Part shown: positions 20,570-31,500 of the stretch, one piece after another
How the letters are laid out: each line of letters starts with the position of its first letter
Numbering within the stretch: position 1 is the stretch's first letter
Source of the DNA: Octopus bimaculoides
Lineage: Eukaryota
Assembly (NCBI RefSeq): GCF_001194135.2
Contig: NC_068982.1
Span: forward strand, 126,218,689 to 126,258,365
Reading direction: 5' to 3'
Length of the DNA: 39,677 nt
Position numbers and translations under genes: made by a program
Notes under the pieces: generated by a model
The model's database searches: none
The model's input: the letters and a program-made list of their open reading frames with translations, nothing else
Told to the model about the DNA's origin: nothing

Positions 20570-20715
20570 CAGGTGGTGTAGACAACAAACAGATGTATTA
20601 GTTTAACGCTTGGGAAGTGAAAAAGTCTTTAATGTTTCGAGCCTACGCTCTTCCACAGAAAGGAACACAGAAAAAAACAAGGAGAGAAAATAAAGAATGC
20701 GTAGTGGTTAGCGAG
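20570..20715 (-). mobile_element. Possible Penelope-like element terminal fragment with a hammerhead-like motif
   Basis: Minus strand CTGTGGA-A-GAGC-GTAG-GCTC-GAAAC at 20658-20634; truncated by an N-gap. Confidence 0.4.
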
Positions 20716-21050
20716 TAGCAGATCTCCTCAGATCTGCTACTACCTACCTACTGAGCCTTCACAAAAGTAAAAGGGAGACAGAAAAAAGGAAAATGTCCCA
20801 CCTATTTGAAAACTATGGAAATATTTTAAAAAACATTTCATTTAACTTTTCTACAATTTAATTGTTTTTCATGTTTTACTCTAAGTTGAAAAAGTCAAAA
20901 AGACTGAAACCAGGACTAAAATGTTCTTCACGATAAAATTATTTTAGCATTTTTTACCTTGTCTTATTTTCCTCATACATATCAACTCGTGTGTTACTTA
21001 GCATCCATGGACTAGTTCCAGGATTATTGCCCTTTATCAGCATGGAGTCG

Positions 21051-21110
21051 CTTGGCTTCGCTTGGCTTCGCTTGGCTTCGCTTGGCTTCGCTTGGCTTCG
21101 CTTGGCTTCG
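21051..21110. repeat. Perfect 10-bp tandem repeat (CTTGGCTTCG)6
   Basis: Read directly from the sequence. Confidence 0.97.
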
Positions 21111-21160
21111 CTAGATGTTGCTGCTAATCCACTGTCAAAAACTTATAGAATTCAAAGTGT

Positions 21161-21191
<31 letters not shown>

Positions 21192-21324
21192 GTACGTATT
21201 TGTCATGCTTTATGTTCAGAAACATTAAATTGTTCATGTGGTTAAATTGTATAGAATATTATACATAAATATATCAAAAATTAATCAAAGATCCTTCCTG
21301 CGCAATACAGTTCATAAGGCTGTT

Positions 21325-21495
21325 TTCTTGGATTCTATGGTATACATATATTCTCCCCTGGATGGGGTGCCAGTCCTTCACAAGATTACTTGTTTTTATC
21401 ATCTGAGTGGACTGGAGCAACATGAAATTATCCATTTTGCTGTTCATAGAACACAATGCATCACCTGGTCCAGAAATTTGAAACCACAGATGTAT
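21325..21495 (-). mobile_element. SINE type C fragment
   Basis: CCCCTGGATGGGGTGCCAGTCC...GTGGACTGGAGCAACATGAAAT...CACAATGCATCACCTGGTCC; reverse-related to 22975-23135. Confidence 0.6.
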
Positions 21496-21633
21496 AGCTG
21501 TATAATTAAACCTTACCATGGTTTCATACGGATACCACATTGAAAATCACAACCTCACCTAATTAGATTTTATTGTATTGTTACCAATATTCACACTCAC
21601 ACAATTGGTATAATTTTTAACTTTTTATGTAAG

Positions 21634-21732
21634 CAAGTTCTGAGCAGCAACTTCAGTAGCCAAGATGACACCATAGCTATTCAATACTCGTTTATAAAGA
21701 TGTTCATCAGAAATATCCAGCTTTGTCATGAA
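21634..21732 (+). CDS. Candidate exon of the plus-strand gene
   Basis: Acceptor tttttatgtaAG and weak donor GAA|GTTTGA; phase 0 to 0; reads QVLSSNFSSQDDTIAIQYSFIKMFIRNIQLCHE. Confidence 0.3.
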
Positions 21733-21865
21733 GTTTGAGAGTTTCTGATCCTCAGGGTCATCTAAACACTGTTTAAGTGGGTAAAGGTATTGTTTTTAAG
21801 TCATTGTCTATTTATTTAGTACAGAATGCAATCATTTCATTCTACTTCTCAAAGTTTCCTTGCAG

Positions 21866-21887
21866 CAAAATCTCGTATATAGCTTGG
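21866..21887 (+). CDS. Candidate short exon of the plus-strand gene
   Basis: Strong acceptor tttccttgcAG and donor G|GTAAAC; phase 0 to 1; reads QNLVYSL(A), in frame with 22060. Confidence 0.4.
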
Positions 21888-22059
21888 GTAAACAAAGTTA
21901 CGAAACTACCATGTTTATAATATTTAATGTAAATACATTGTGATAGACAAATTTACAGCAGTATATGTCTGGAGATAATATCTTATACAGATGTGCTGAA
22001 TTTAAAAACACAATATATATATATATATATATAGAATAGGCAGACAAAAATTGTTCTAG

Positions 22060-22165
22060 CAGTCACTGGTGCAAACCAGGATGATTTTTCCTCAGCCTCT
22101 GATATATGTTCCATTTTTGAACACAGTACATCCATAAGTGCTACTATCTCTGGGCATATACCACA
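22060..22165 (+). CDS. Internal exon of an uncharacterised plus-strand gene
   Basis: Acceptor ttgttctAG (NAGNAG) and donor CA|GTAAGT; phase 1 to 2; reads VTGANQDDFSSASDICSIFEHSTSISATISGHIP(H). Confidence 0.65.
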
Positions 22166-22480
22166 GTAAGTTTATCTTTTGCAATTTATTTACATTAAGT
22201 ATGATAGACACATAGTCATTGTAAACTTATACTGCTTCAGTTGTATGTAACAGATTATCACGAAACTTTATTGGGTTTTTTTTTAGCCCTAGGTTGATCC
22301 CCAATCAAGCAGATTGATAAACAAAAGCAGTTGAGCTTTGAACACTTCATATTTTTGTATTTCTAGTACTACACTATCCAATGCATCCTTCATTTTTACG
22401 ATGCTAGGGGGTGATTTAAGTGAGATTTAGTTGCTATTTCGAGTTAGTTGAGAGACTACCAAAAGGCTCCTTTGTGAAAG

Positions 22481-22554
22481 TGCTTTGTTGCTGTGTGTTG
22501 AACAACGTTATGAAAAAACACCAGATGAAACAAATGATGGACCACCTGTTGTTG
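22481..22554 (+). CDS. Internal exon of the plus-strand gene
   Basis: Acceptor ctcctttgtgaaAG and donor G|GTGAGT; phase 2 to 1; reads ALLLCVEQRYEKTPDETNDGPPVV(E). Confidence 0.65.
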
Positions 22555-22821
22555 GTGAGTGACTCTAGGATTTCATAGAAGTAATTCCTTTATCAAGATG
22601 TTAAGAAAACAACACAAAGATCAGCAGACAATCAAATGGAAAATGTGGGCTTCATTCTGTCCAGTTTTGAAAACTAAAAATAAATGAATGAATAAAAAAA
22701 GACCCATTGGCCATTAATTCCACATATCTAAATTCAGCTATAAATACTTTGTGAATTTTAGTAACATAGTATTATCCAAAAGATTACTGTGTTCATTATG
22801 GTCACTTATGTAAAGCTATAG

Positions 22822-22908
22822 AATTGGAAGAAACAGGAATTTCTCTCATTTTTCTTTATCAATATTATGAGACAATTCTAAATGGAAATCCAAACAAAAT
22901 TTCAATAA
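22822..22908 (+). CDS. Internal exon of the plus-strand gene
   Basis: Acceptor gctatAG and donor A|GTATGT; phase 1 to 1; reads LEETGISLIFLYQYYETILNGNPNKISI. Confidence 0.6.
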
Positions 22909-22974
22909 GTATGTGGCTGTGTGAATCTAAGAGTGTGCATGCCACAAACGATTGCTGCATACAATGGTTCTATG

Positions 22975-23135
22975 ATTATGTGAAAGTGAATGGCCTCATG
23001 GTTAGGGTTCAATACACGATTATGATGTTGTGGATTCAATTCCTGAACTGGGTTGTGGATTGTGTTCTTGAGCAAGGCACTTCATTTCATGTTGCTCTAG
23101 TGTACTCAGCTGTGATGACTACCAGCTGGCTGCTG
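22975..23135 (+). mobile_element. SINE type C (tRNA-like head)
   Basis: GGCCTCATGGTTAGGG...GGATTCAATTCCTG (A/B-box-like), then TGTGTTCTTGAGCAAGGCACTTCATTTCATGTTGCTC. Confidence 0.6.
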
Positions 23136-23316
23136 GTATGACCCTGTCTCTCTCTTTGCTGTCGTATCATTGATGTTCTGTTGAGTTGAAGGTGAGAGGA
23201 TCATTAGGGCTTACTTTACAAGTATATTTTGAGTTAAAAACAAATCTAATATTTTATTGTATACTATCTATAATTTGGTTGCATTAGATGCATGGCAATT
23301 TTTTTGCTACATTTAA

Positions 23317-23557
23317 CCCTTTAATATTCAGTCAAATGTACTCTGTCAAATGTAATGCTTACTCTTTTACTTTTTTAATTGTTTCAGGCATTTGACTGCG
23401 GCCATGCTGGAGCACTGCCTTTAGTCGAATAAATCGACCCCAGGACTTATACTTTGTAAGCCTAGTACTTATTCTATCGGTCTCTTTTCACTGAACCGCT
23501 AAGTTACAGGCACGTAAACACACCGGCATCGGTTGTCAAGCGATGGTGGGGGGACAG

Positions 23558-23614
<57 letters not shown>

Positions 23615-23900
23615 ACAGGCTTCTTTCAGTTTCCGTCTACCAAATCCACTCACAAGGCTTTGATCAGCCTGAGGCGATAGTAGAAGATACTTGCCCAAGG
23701 TGCCATGCAGTGGGTCTGAACCTATTAAAAACTCTTTTTGTTAACAATTAAATTTGCATTATCCCTTAGCTTTGATATTTCAATGGTGTGATCATTTATT
23801 TTTAAAACGACATTATAGGGAAGCTGTAAGATCTGGCTGGTTTGAATGTAAAACAGGGAGAATATTTGGGCTGGATATGGTCAGTTTAAAAGCTAAAGGG
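23317..23900. mobile_element. piggyBac-like MITE, family 2, split by a SINE
   Basis: TTAA|CCCTTTA ... CTAAAGGG|TTAA. The body matches the uninterrupted copy at 37605-37825. Confidence 0.75.
23360..23723 (-). mobile_element. SINE type B, 5'-truncated
   Basis: Reverse-complement match to 27342-27772. Confidence 0.9.
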
Positions 23901-24555
23901 TTAAGAATAAGGAAAGCACATCTTGTATGTATGTCAGCTTGTATGTTAATGTTTCCTTTGATACTTTCTGATTCTGAAATATACCATAAAGAAGTCCATT
24001 ACTAGCATAAGTCATGTCTCAATACCTGATAAAAGATAACAATCTCAAGGAATTTTACCATTTCCCACTTCACTGTGAATGCTGTCTAGCTCAAGAAAAT
24101 TGTCCATTGTACACAAAAAAAATGGCTGTGACTGGCGACTTTTATTGGAAACTACACAGACATATTTTTTATTGGTGTAATTTGATTTTCTCATGAGCTG
24201 AAGAAGTGTTGAATCCTGAGAATATTTGAAAACAATACATAAATAAATAGTACAGTGATAATTGAAGAATATTTCTCAAGGGACTGATAAAACAAAGGAA
24301 ATAAATTATGGAGAGGAGAAAAAAATCAATACATGGTAAATAATTAGTAGGGTGTATTTTAAGTTGTAAGAGCTGCTAAGACTCTGCATAACCTTAAATA
24401 TATTATTCTGTCTTAACCTTAGTAGTGGACTTGCTCAATTTCAAACTTCATTTCTGACATTAACCTGCTTGCTTAAGAATAAAGGAGAAAGTGGGGTAAA
24501 TACAAAGAAAAATGATTGGTTGTGAGAGAAAGGGAAAGAAACATTGTGAATATAA

Positions 24556-25015
24556 GTGCAAGGATGGCTGTGTGGTTATAAGTAGCTTGCTTTGCAAACA
24601 ACATGGTTGTGAGTTCAGTCCCACTGCATGGCATCTCGGGTAAGAGCCTTTTACTACAGCTGTGAGCCAACCAATGTCTTGTGAAGGAATTTGGTAGATG
24701 GGAACTGTGTTGAAGCCCATCCTATGTATGTATGTATGTGTGTGTGTGTGTTTGTGTTTGTCTCCCATCACTGCTTGACAGCTGGTGTTGGTTTATTTAC
24801 ATCCCTGTTACTTATAGGTTTGGCATAAGAGACCAATAGAATAAATACCAGAAAATATGGTATTTGCTAAAAAGAAAATTAAGCGAAAAAGAAAAATTAA
24901 GTCTAAGACTCTAAAAAGGAAATTAATTCCTGGGATCAATTTGTTCACTTAAATCCTTCAAGGTGGTGCTCCAACATGGCCGCAGTCCAATGACTGAAGT
25001 AAAAGATAAAAGATA

Positions 25016-25017
<2 letters not shown>
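24556..25017 (+). mobile_element. SINE type B, diverged, with an internal A-rich insertion, followed by a long poly(A)
   Basis: Head GGCTGTGTGGTTATAAGTAGCTTGC, 3' GGTGGTGCTCCAACATGGCCGCAGTC. An extra block of about 70 bp lies near 24850-24920 and an A-run at about 25018-25063. Confidence 0.8.
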
Positions 25018-25066
<49 letters not shown>

Positions 25067-25838
25067 AAGATAGATGAAAGAAGTTAGTGAAAATAATATG
25101 GTATAGAAACCTAATATTTAATATAGTCAGATAAAAAGAAGTGTAAAAAAAAATGGTGAAAGAATGAAATTGAGAACTCTCTTTTTAAAAATAGAATGGG
25201 AACAACAATGTCTGTGATTTGTTGTGATAGATCTAAATTCTTTATTGATGTATAAAAGGTTTTTCTCTTGTGTTATCCTAACTATTTGCTCATAGTCAAA
25301 CAACTTCTCACTTTTCTTGACTAAGTTGATTATAGGTTAAATGAACCAAATAACTTATTTTTAAACTTTATTCACATAAATCAATGAGGTTAGTAAGAAG
25401 ACAGGAGAGTATCACTGTTTTTATTGTTGTTATCATTGTCATTTCCTTCTCTCATCAAAGACAATGGAAGACGCTGCACAAGTGCACTTGCTGCAGCTCC
25501 TGTCAGATGTCTTCTGTGAATTGTGTTAATGCTATTTACAGTCTTTCAAAATTATTTTCTACTCTCATAAACAATAATCTGAAATCCTCAAATAACCTTG
25601 TTGTTCAGATGAAGACACAAAATCTTAATAATCAAAGATAATCCATTACACTGTAGTTTTGTTTGTTTGTTCTGGTTTCATCATTTTTACATCTGATTTC
25701 ATAAATGTCTACATCATATGGCAAATACCATATTTGATGAAATAAAAGACACCTCTGCATATTAGATGCATCCTAATTTCAGCAGCACATATTCAGGAAC
25801 AACAGTTTTTAGTGCATTAAAGCATGTAACATTTTAAG

Positions 25839-25908
25839 CAATCTAGCAGAGCAGTATATTACAAAACATTAAAAGAGATCCTTAGCTCTAGCAGTAAACA
25901 TATAAAAA
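25839..25908 (+). CDS. Candidate exon of the plus-strand gene
   Basis: Acceptor cattttaAG and donor A|GTAAGT; reads QSSRAVYYKTLKEILSSSSKHIK. An alternative acceptor at 25855 would be phase 1 and join 22908 directly. Confidence 0.35.
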
Positions 25909-26177
25909 GTAAGTTATTAATATAGCTGAACATATCATAGAGTTGGGTTAGGGAGAAAGAACCATTTGGATTAAGATTATTTGAGAAAGAACTATTTGGA
26001 TTAAAGTAGTGAGAATCAGGAACAAAATTAGCTTAAGTGGGGCTCAACTTTGGGGTAATTTTTTAAGACATATTTTTGGGAAAAAAAGAGTGTTGTATAT
26101 ATCATCAAATACGATAATTATGATATATTTATTTAAGGTGTGTTGCATTCTAAGATAGAACAGAATCCGCATCCATA

Positions 26178-26362
26178 GAGCATGTAAAAGCACCCACTAC
26201 ACTCTCGGAGTGGTTGGCATTAGGAAGGGCATCCAGCTGTATAAACTCTGCCAGATCAGATTGGAGCCTGGTGCAGCCATCTGGTTCGCCAGTCCTCAGT
26301 CAAATTGTCCAACCCATGCTAGCATGGAAAGAGGACGTTAAACAATGATGATGAATGATGAA

Positions 26363-26366
<4 letters not shown>
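26178..26366 (+). mobile_element. RTE 3' UTR with (ATG)n tail
   Basis: AAAAGCACCCACTACACTCTCGGAGTGGTTGGCATTAGGAAGGGCATCCAGC...GGACGTTAAACAATGATGATG. Confidence 0.9.
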
Positions 26367-26402
<36 letters not shown>

Positions 26403-26416
26403 GAGCATGTGTGTGT

Positions 26417-26820
26417 ACCATCCTGGTAACCAACTACTTGATAGAGATGGGTATCAAAGCTGTCCCTCACAACCCTCCACCACAGTCCAGACCTTGTTCT
26501 CTGTGACTTTTGGTTCTTTCCCAAAATACAAGAGGCTTGACAAGAATCCTGGNNNNNNNNNNNNNNNNNNNNNNNNNNNNNNNNNNNNNNNNNNNNNNNN
26601 NNNNNNNNNNNNNNNNNNNNNNNNNNNNNNNNNNNNNNNNNNNNNNNNNNNNNNNNNNNNNNNNNCTTCACTTTAAAGGACTTTCATGGGACCTTCACAA
26701 TGTAGCTGGAACACTACAACAAGTAAGAGGGTCCTACTCTGAAGGTGATTAGAGTTTTGTACTTCTTTGAAATTAATAAATGTCTTTCTTGAAAACGTCT
26801 CAAACTTTTTGGAATGCACC

Positions 26821-26822
<2 letters not shown>
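26417..26822 (+). mobile_element. Mariner-family transposase C-terminal remnant with 3' TIR region (spans an N-gap)
   Basis: Reads ILVTNYLIEMGIKAVPH/SPDLVLCDFWFFPK (cf. YSPDLAP.D.WLFP)...DFHGTFTM*LEHYNK/VRGSYSEGD*, then CTCAAACTTTTTGGAATGCACCT. Confidence 0.8.
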
Positions 26823-26854
<32 letters not shown>

Positions 26855-26975
26855 TCATCATCATCATTTAGCATCTGCTTTCCATGCTGGCATGGGTTAG
26901 ATGATTTAACTGGAACTGGTAAACCAGAGAGCTGCACCAAGTTCCAAACTGATTTGGCATATGTCGTAGTTTGCC

Positions 26976-27240
26976 CATGGGCATATGGTGTAGTAATTAA
27001 GAGCGCGGGCTACTAACCCCAAGTTTCCAAGTTCAATTCCAGGCAGTGACCTGAATAATAATAATAACAACAACATCGAAAAATACCTTAGGAATGAGAA
27101 CCCAGGTTCCCCAAGACACCTGATGAAGGCTGGAGGGTATATCAGCCGAAACGTGTTAACAACAAACAAGATGAGGACAAATATCCGTCAATTGTAAATA
27201 ATGTAAATAACTCTTAATCTGTCAAATATAGAACTGTACT
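26976..27240 (+). mobile_element. tRNA-headed SINE-like element (type D) carrying a hammerhead-ribozyme-like motif
   Basis: Head GGCATATGGTGTAGTAATTAAGAGCGCGGGCTACTAACCCCAAG...AGTTCAATTCCAGG. GACAC-CTGATGA-A-GGCTG-loop-CAGCC-GAAAC-GTGTT at 27115-27157. Confidence 0.6.
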
Positions 27241-27341
27241 GTTGATGTGTTGGTACATAGTTAATGACGGTTTCAAATATTGGCACAAGGCCAGCAATTT
27301 CGGGACAAAGGTTAAGTCAATTATATCGACTGGCGTCGATA

Positions 27342-27501
27342 TAGGTGTAGGAGTGGCTGTGTGGTAAGTAGCTTGCTTACCAGCCACATGGTTCCAGGTT
27401 CAGTCCCACTGCATGGCATCTTGGGTGTCTTCTACTATAGCCTTGGGCCGACCAAAGCCTTGTGAGTGGATTTGGTAGACGGAAACTGAAAGAAGCCAGT
27501 C

Positions 27502-27565
<64 letters not shown>

Positions 27566-27772
27566 ATATGTTTGTGTATCTGTGTTTGTCCCCCTCAACA
27601 TTGCTTGACAATCAATGCTGGTGTGTTTACGTACCTGTAACCTTGAGGTTCGGCAAAAGAGACCGATGAAATAAGTACTAGGCTTACAAAGAATAAGTCC
27701 TGGGGTTGATTTGCTCGATTATAGGCGGTGCTCCAGCATGGCCACAGTCAAATGACTGAAACAAATAAAAAA
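27342..27772 (+). mobile_element. SINE type B, full length
   Basis: GGAGTGGCTGTGTGGTAAGTAGCTTGC...internal (TA)n/(TG)n...GGCGGTGCTCCAGCATGGCCACAGTCAAATGACTGAAAC. Confidence 0.92.
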
Positions 27773-28170
27773 GGCATAGCTTCTATGGCTGGATGCCCTT
27801 CCTAATGCCAACCACTCCAAGAGTGTAATGGGTACTTTTTATGTGCCAATGACATGATGCAAAGTTCTGTTTTAAGACATAATCAATGAAGAGAGATTTC
27901 TCCATATCAAATTAGGATTAAATTATATTAAACAGAACAAGACTTAAAATGAACTGAACGTAAGTGTGACTGTTGAAGCAATGGCAGAATATTTTATGAA
28001 AATTGAAAGTCTTGGATTATTTGCAACAAATAAAATAAAATTAAAGAAACTTTCAAACAAAACATTTACATATATATATATATTTTTTTTTTACATATTT
28101 ATTATTTCTTCCAATTCTTTTTTTTTTTTACATGGCAGCATGAAAGAAAGACATATACATACGCACATAT

Positions 28171-28220
<50 letters not shown>

Positions 28221-28454
28221 TTATTATGTATGTATGTATACATACATACATGTACATAGACAAACAGACAGAAAACAATTGTTATGTACAATGTTATGTA
28301 TGAATGAGGAAGTAAAACACTATTAGTTAGAATCAGAAACAAAGTTTTAAATATAAGTTTCAATTTTTACTAACATTACACCAGTCTATTATTATTTTTT
28401 ATCACTTCAACCTTTTATTACAGTTTTGTTGATTCTTCCTCTCTTTCTCTCTGT

Positions 28455-28456
28455 AT

Positions 28457-28502
<46 letters not shown>

Positions 28503-28520
28503 TGATAGATTGATAGATAA
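28455..28520. repeat. (GATA)n tetranucleotide microsatellite
   Basis: Read directly from the sequence. Confidence 0.95.
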
Positions 28521-31500
28521 GAAGATATATTACACATGCTGTTTTTGATTAAAGGTAAATTCTAAATGTTTTTCTTTTAAATCAAGAATTATTCCTGCTG
28601 CACCTGTGCTCTCATACATACACATGCATATACAACAGAATGGCATCATTCATGTATAACTAGATAACTGGATGCTGTAATAATGTAAGTAAAATTATTG
28701 GAAACAAAGATTTCTAATAAATGCAATATTTTGATGCATGTATTGCTTGCCATTCTGTACTTTGCTATCAATTTGCATATATGTTAATGTATGTGCGAGA
28801 AAGAGAGAGAGAGAGNNNNNNNNNNNNNNNNNNNNNNNNNNNNNNNNNNNNNNNNNNNNNNNNNNNNNNNNNNNNNNNNNNNNNNNNNNNNNNNNNNNNN
28901 NNNNNNNNNNNNNNNNNNNNNNNNNNNNNNNNNNNNNNNNNNNNNNNNNNNNNNNNNNNNNNNNNNNNNNNNNNNNNNNNNNNNNNNNNNNNNNNNNNNN
29001 NNNNNNNNNNNNNNNNNNNNNNNNNNNNNNNNNNNNNNNNNNNNNNNNNNNNNNNNNNNGTGTTTCATTCTGTATTTATTTTTTTCTTTTTGCAATGCAT
29101 GCTCAAAGGAAAGGTAATGTCTTCCATTGTCTGACATTTCACAATTATCCACAGATCTGAATCGCTCTTAATTTATATAATCCTGCAAGTATCAAAATTT
29201 AAAATTTTCAACTCCAATAATGTCTTGTAGTTTTTCAAACCAGTTTTTTTTTTTTATTACACTGCTCTCTTCTACTAAAACACAAATGAAAGAGCATGAC
29301 TTTTTAAAAATTCTTTTTCAAAGTGCAAGAGGAAGAAAAAAAATACTAGAAGTTGAGAATTAAATTCAATATACATCATACACAGAGCAGTAGAGGAGAT
29401 AGCTCAGACTATAAAACACCAGAATTAATTTGTTACATAATTATATAATTCCATGTCTCAACTGTTCTGAGATCAAATATCTCCAGGATCCAGTTAGCGT
29501 TTAATCTAGCTAGTCAAAAACATCTAATAGTAGTCTGAATTATTTCAACCAACAATTACCCTCCCTTATAAAAATTGGCCTTGTGTCTTGGCAAATATAC
29601 ACTTTTTTGATATATATATATATACATATATATATCTTTTTTTTTAAAGTTTTTTTTTTTCTGGTTGCGTTTTAAAAAATATAACATCTATATTAGGGTA
29701 CAAGGAAATATATCACATAACCCCAAATAACAATCTCAAAGCAATTTTTTTTTTTAGTCTTTTAATTACTGAATTATTTCAGCAAATTGGCAGATTGAAA
29801 AGAGAAAATGAGTGGATGGCAGTTCACTAAACAATATACTATCTATACAAATACAAATCATACCGACAATAAAACATACCAGGTTAAACAATACAAAGGT
29901 GATAAAACTTCTGGCCATTGAGAATAGATGGTGATAACAGATACCAAAATTCTGGTATGGTGTTTAGCAAGGATGAATGGATGATATATAAAATGTAATA
30001 TATTATACAATAAACCCTCAAATCAATGGACTAATTAGAGGGGAAAGTATGTCCATTAATACTGAAAGTTTGTTAAAAGGATGACACTCCAGGGGCCAAT
30101 ATTACTGCTTTTAATGTAAAAAAAAAAAAATCTTTGAAACAATGTAAAATGTAAAATTATTAAATCATGTTAAAGAATATATAGTTTCTATATCCTTATT
30201 TTGTCAATGAAGTCTACTTTGCCATGCTCGAAGTGGTAGTATTGTTTTGTATTAATATTATTATCATTATTATAATTCAGTCTTTAAACCAGACATTTGT
30301 TATATCAAGGGTCTGTTAAACCAAGGGTTTACTGTTTAAGCATTTGGGTGAACAAACAGAAAAGTCCTCAATGTTGTAGAGTTTATTCATTTATTCAGAG
30401 CTGAGATTTCACTCCAGTGTTATTTTACCGGTTATTATTACTTCCTCGCAAACCCTCAGTTTTGAATAATGAATATATATTCCAGGAAGCGACAAGTTCA
30501 AAAGAAGCTTTGTCTGGCTACCTAGAATAAAGTATTCAATGAGACTGCAGAGTGAATAAAATATTTAATACATAAACATTAGTCCGACAAAATATATTTT
30601 GTCAGGCAAATGATTATGGATTAAATATTTTAAATATGTGTATACATTTAAATACACACATGCATGTGTTCATATTTTTTAATCAAAATTAAATGTATCA
30701 ATACAAATATTATTGGCATATGTGAGAACCTGATATAACTAACCTCTCACTGACATCATAATGTAATGACTATGATACATGTCCTCTAGGGTATCTTTAT
30801 ACCAGCACACACACCATATTTTGAGATTGTTTTGGGTCATTGTGCATGTACAGTTTGTCTTACCTAATGGTTTTTCTTGACTTCATCTTGATTACACTGT
30901 GAAACCTCATCTCTTACTGAATAATGCTAATAGTGGTGACTTTGACCATAAATTGTTATAAAGGACTCTATCTGAAGCTTAGTTTATGATATATAAATTT
31001 AGCACTTAAATCTACTCTTTGTTGAACTAGGACTAGTATTATTTACCTCTTCTTTTTCTTCAGTAGGATTTTGCCATTTTAAGTTATGTTTCATTTGTAT
31101 TTTAAGTAATGTGTTTTAATGTTTCCATTTACACATTTATTGTTTATATTATGAATACGAATATTTTTGCATATTCCCAAACAGAAGTAGATTATATTCT
31201 TTAATCTGATACCATTGGTTGTAGTGATCCTGCCTTAAGGTGTCAAAATGATGAGGATATCTGAATGGCAGCTGACAAAGGAAATTCCCCAGTTATGTAA
31301 AGTGTGCTTTTCATTCTCTCATTAATGTCTTTGTTAATTGTCACTATATGAATTGTTTTACATATCTACTAAGATAGTACTGGTCCTTACCTTTTAATGT
31401 TTATTGTTACAGTATGAATTAGAAGAGTTTATACTAGGATGATACTGTTTTTCTAAATTGTGATAGTTTCTCCTGACCCTTGTACATATTTGAGCACACA

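Larger units (their letters stand above)
26852..27850 (-). mobile_element. RTE 3' UTR fragment split into 26852-26961 and 27773-27850 by nested insertions
   Basis: The two parts are collinear with the RTE UTR. GGCATA occurs at both junctions (26956-26961, 27773-27778). Confidence 0.7.

Noticed and set aside
21625-22170. Protein-like minus-strand frames (CLDDPEDQKLSNFMTKLDISDEHLYKRVLNSYGVILATEVAAQNLLT* and CGICPEIVALMDVLCSKMEH...)
   Set aside because: They are codon-register antisense shadows of plus-strand exon candidates, a known by-product of real coding sequence. The second lacks a usable acceptor. The first has an acceptor and stop but no partner exon, so it is not fully excluded.
22481-22908. 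Faint resemblance of the plus-strand peptide to the N-terminal region of DNA polymerase nu
   Set aside because: Only a hydrophobicity-pattern impression; no polymerase motifs were found downstream, so no gene symbol is assigned.
25380-25640. GC-richer segment with open frames on both strands (TMEDAAQVHLLQLLSDVFCELC*; HRRHLTGAAASALVQRLPLSLMREG...)
   Set aside because: It has a good plus acceptor but no convincing donor or phase link, so strand and frame cannot be decided.
26976-27050. tRNA-like sequences at SINE heads (also 1443, 14211, 22975, 27342)
   Set aside because: They have A/B-box-like motifs but no complete cloverleaf and are followed by SINE bodies, so they are not tRNA genes.
27895-27920. 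LHIKLGL motif matching a recalled DNA-transposase motif (PLHIKLGLMK)
   Set aside because: The flanking residues do not follow that family; probably coincidence.
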